Shown here piece after piece: positions 60,305 through 64,000 of a stretch of DNA of 64,000 bases (the first letter of the stretch is position 1; every line of letters starts with the position of its first letter). The notes below the pieces were generated by a model. That model made no database searches and was not told where the DNA came from. It was given only the letters and a program-made list of their open reading frames with translations. Source of the DNA: the human T2T-CHM13v2.0 reference genome, Homo sapiens; assembly GCF_009914755.1 (NCBI RefSeq), contig NC_060930.1; one strand, 5' to 3'. The translations under genes and the position numbers were made by a program.

Positions 60305-61147
60305 GTAAGATGCCATTTGTACACAGGTTGCCTAGTAATGTCATGCTGGACAGTATTGTCCCCAAAAATGTGACAAACACTATCAGAGTCTTAATTCTAG
60401 TGATATGTAGTAATTAATGTACATTTGTTACTTACTTTCTATTCATTTTATTACCAGATTAAAAAAATAGTGCCATTCAAATATTTTTAAACTTTCTAAT
60501 TTAGCTCTAATTTAACCCTATTGTGAGCCTTTAATTTTGGTTCCACAAGTATTTGTCGTTCTGCTCTTGCATATTCACTTAACTTTGAAAGCTTATTCCT
60601 TTTATAAATCATTTTCCTCAATGAGTAGATAAGAATTAATTAGAAAAAATCCTAAAATTCCAATGTATAAAAATAATGTTAGGTACAGAATCTCTATTTT
60701 CAGACAATGCCCAGTCAGCATGCTTGATCTAGCATTGATTGCTTTTAACCCCTCACCCCTCTCTTTTATACATTGTTCTGTCTTATTTGCTACATTATGC
60801 ACAGCAATAGTCATTGAAGATTTTAAGTTATATATCAGAATTTAAAATAATTTTTCCATATGTATACACACATAAAATCTGGTATATATACATATATGAG
60901 ATATTTACCTATACCCACATATTGTTCTACTAAAGGCTGAAATAATATATTTTTATTCTTTGAACATAGAAGAAAATTATTCAAGGCCATCCTGGTATGA
61001 AGGAACATGAGATTAATTATACCAGATATTAATTATACCAGAAAAATACTGGCATAAATAAACACATTTTAATATGTGGCATGATTTTCATTTGCTTATA
61101 ATTTTTGCTTGCTAGAATGAGATAGATTACAATTAGAAAATCAATAG

Positions 61148-61520
61148 TACATAAATCTGTTTTCACATGGCTATAAAGATTCTACCTGAGACTGGGTAAT
61201 TTATAAACAAAAGAGGTTTAATTGACTCACAAATCCACGTGGCTGCGGAGGCTTCAGGAAACTTACAATCATGGCAGAAGGGAAAGAAGTCACCTTCTTC
61301 ACAAGGCCTCAGGAGAGAGAGTGAGTTTATGAAGGAGGAACAGTCAAACACTTATAAAACAATCAGATCTCATGAGAACTCACTCAATATCATGAGAACA
61401 GCATTGGAGAAACCGTCCCATACCAATCACCTCCCACCAGATCTCTCCCTTGACCCATGGGAATTACGAGGATGACAATTCAAGATGAGATTTGGGTGGG
61501 GACACAGCCAATTCTTATAA
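61148..61520 (-). mobile_element. THE1D-like solo LTR
   Basis: ACCTGAGACTGGGTAATTTATAAAC...GGAAACTTACAATCATGGCAGAAGG...AGATTTGGGTGGGGACACAGCCAA. Confidence 0.9.
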
Positions 61521-61544
61521 ACTAACAACGTACGCATTTTATAC

Positions 61545-61750
61545 TGTGATTTTGTTTAAACCATCTCATGTTCCTGAGCCTCATTTTCTTAATCTGTAAA
61601 ATAGTATTATAATGACAAACTAAATATTTATTGTATTGCAGAGAGAATTAGATGAGAAAAGGGGTCTTAAAATCTTTATATTATATAGTACATTTGACAC
61701 AGAAATGATACTAGTGCAAATTAAACCTTTTCATAAATAATTGTTATTAT
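61545..61750 (+). mobile_element. MIR
   Basis: CTGAGCCTCATTTTCTTAATCTGTAAAATAG core. Confidence 0.7.
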
Positions 61751-61763
61751 TTAGCACTTTTGT

Positions 61764-61922
61764 TGTTTAAAGTGTGGCCCATAAACAGCTGCATTAGCAT
61801 CACCTGGCATCTTGTTAAACATGCAAAAATCTCAGGCTCTACTTCAGAAATACTGACTCAGAGTCTATATTTTAATAACATACATGAGTGATTCAAATTC
61901 ATATTGAAGTTTGAGAAACGCC
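61764..61922. mobile_element. MER5A/MER5B
   Basis: AAAGTGTGG...AGCATCACCTGG..CTTGTTAAACATGCA...TACTGACTCAGA...AAGTTTGAGAAAC. Confidence 0.8.
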
Positions 61923-62124
61923 AATTTAAAACGGTTGAATTTCACAATGTGGAGGAAAATACTTCTATTAAATTTTAAAAATAACACATTCGTTCTTGCT
62001 CAAGGTAATAAATGTTTGTACTTTGTAATAGCTATATAGTCGTAAGAAAATATAATGCCATCATAAAAACCATACACAAATTTAGCACACTTTTAAAAAG
62101 CTGAAAATCATTATATATATAAAA

Positions 62125-62427
62125 TTATGGTCAGTGAAATAAGCCAGATACACAAAGACAAATACTGCATGATCTCACTTATATTTGGAATCCAAAAAAG
62201 CTGAACTCATAGAAGCAGAGAATTGAACTGTGGTTAGCAGTGGCTGAGGACCACAAGGGTAATTGGGGAGATGTTGGTTAAAGGATGTGAAATTTCAGGG
62301 GAATAAATTCAAAAGATCTAGTGTACAACATGATGACTATAGTTGATAATAATGTGTTGTGAATTTGAAAATTGCTGAGAGAGATTTTAAGTGTTTTCAC
62401 AACAAATAATTGACAAGTATGTAAAGT
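62125..62427 (+). mobile_element. L1MA 3' UTR fragment
   Basis: GTGAAATAAGCCAGATACACAAAGACAAATACTGCATGATCTCACTTATAT. Confidence 0.85.
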
Positions 62428-63147
62428 TGTTGTGGCTCCGAAAATGACACCCCATAGAAAATGACACCCCAAAGTATGGCACTTTGTCGTGCTGAACACT
62501 ACGAATTAAAGAAAGTTGGAAGGCCTTAGAAGCTGCCTCAGAATCAAGGTCTCTGACCTTCCCTTTCTTCCTCCCCAGTGGAAGGGTGGGGCTCTCTCTG
62601 AATTTCCCTTATAGGAATGAAGGAAGTTCTTCCAAAAGAAACACAATTGCCTTTCATCCCCTGTCTGATACCTCATTAAAGAGGGGACATTAATTAAATA
62701 TGAAGAAACTAAAGATTGTCACTATACCCAGCCAGACAAACGTTCCATCTATTATTCTGAGGGCTGTTACCTGAGAGGCTTTATCTGTGTCAGACAATCT
62801 TTGTTCTCAGCACACTTCCACCACTCACCTTCCCATAAATTGTCACCACCTCTTCCAGAGCCCAGAAAAACCTTGTGCCAGGCTCTTGTATGATCTTCAG
62901 GCCCACTCGTGTCCCCTAAAAATTACTTACTTTTTCTTTAAAATTGTCTATATTCCCTACTTCTCTCTCTCATATGAAGAGGGTGTTTAAGCTTCACTCA
63001 TCTGGCCCTTCTTTGAATTTTATATTTGTATAACTCACATACACTTGCACATTAGTAAGTTTGCTGATCTGTCTGTTGTCAGTTTGCTTATAGACTCAAA
63101 TTCTCAAACCTTTGGGATGTAGGAAGAAAGTTCCTTTTACCCCAATA
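62428..63147 (+). mobile_element. MER34/MER39-group ERV1 solo LTR nested in L1
   Basis: TGTTGTGGCTCCGAAAATGACACCCCA...AAGTATGGCACTTTG...CCCCAATA. 4-bp TSD AAGT/AGGT. Internal 17-bp-period duplication at 62440-62471. Confidence 0.8.
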
Positions 63148-63152
63148 AGGTG

Positions 63153-63190
63153 ACACACACACACAGACACACACACACACACACACGCGC
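63153..63190. repeat. (CA)n microsatellite
   Basis: Directly visible. Confidence 0.92.
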
Positions 63191-63412
63191 AAAGAAATGA
63201 AAAACAAATCCATAAATGCACTATTTAATATAACTCAAAATTATTTTTAAATTCAACATACATTCAAAAGAAACAAAGAAAGAGAAACATATGAGTACTT
63301 TGTTACAAGATTTTGCATACATGCTTTGAAAGAGAGAGAGAACCATGTCTTTAAAATACGAATCAGAATGAGTTAGCCAAAATCTAATTTGTTCTTTCTT
63401 TCTCAGTAATAG

Positions 63413-64000
63413 TGTAACTGAGTACCCCATTTTTGGAAGAGAAAGAGAAATAATTATTATTTTTTCTATTTTTTCTCTCCTCCTTTCCCCTGTTCCCCCA
63501 CTAACTTAGATCTTTAGAGAGCAATTATAACCTTTACCTTCTTTTCACCAGACATTCCTTACAGGGCAAGCTTATCTAACCATGTGCTTACTTAGAAGCT
63601 CCAGGGCTGGGAACCTCCCCTACCAGGAGATTGCCTCAAGAAACAATAGTCAGTTAAATACCTAAAGTGTACTGGTGAGAAAACTTTCTCCTACCTGGAG
63701 AATATCTCGACAAGATGGCCACTTTACAATGCAGCTCTGCCTGCAATGGTGCCAGCTCAGCCACCTTGTAGATAAGACATCAAAGTGAGTTCTGTAGACC
63801 CTGCACCTGCTTGCTCCCTGCCCTGCATGCTGCTCATGCCAAATCCCCCTTTTAAATCCCCTGCTTTTTGCCCCCAAAGTGAAGCAATGCCCTTAAAGGA
63901 AAGAGACTGTCCTTTTACCCTAAGCTAAAGTTTGGAATAAAGTCACTTTGTTCATACCAGATTTCATTCTTGTTAATTGGATTCTTCATGTGGCAAGTGA
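63413..64000 (+). mobile_element. ERV1 LTR (LTR29/MER73/MER66 group), runs off the window end
   Basis: Starts TGTAACTGAGTACCCC; TTTAAA TATA-like box near 63851; AATAAA at 63936; U5-like CTTGTTAATTGGA. Confidence 0.75.

Overview
This is a very AT-rich, CpG-depleted primate genomic segment. A TSD-flanked L1PA2-type insertion points to the human/African great-ape clade. I find no credible protein-coding exon, RNA gene or CRISPR array; nearly all ORFs in the track are L1-, Alu- or LTR-derived, or chance ORFs. The window is a layered archive of transposable elements: a near full-length L1PA6-like element (11.7-17.3 kb), two twin-primed (5'-inverted) L1MA elements, truncated L1PA2/3/4/16 copies, about 10 Alus, a complete MSTA MaLR provirus inside a MER33-like DNA transposon, a Ricksha-type MULE/MuDR transposon with a readable transposase fossil, a collapsed HERV-S (HERVL18/LTR18A) provirus, and solo LTRs (MER4, MER41B, MLT1, THE1D, MER34-like, MER66/73/LTR29-like). 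I cannot support a new biological system. The oddities most worth checking are a head-to-head AluY/AluY fusion forming a ~145-bp hairpin, a 19-nt micro-Alu with TSDs, a MER41B LTR lacking both STAT1 GAS sites, the LTR18A triplet, and a non-repeat CpG-retaining exon/promoter-like block at 60.1-60.34 kb. Subfamily names come from recalled consensus sequences and should be confirmed with RepeatMasker/Dfam.
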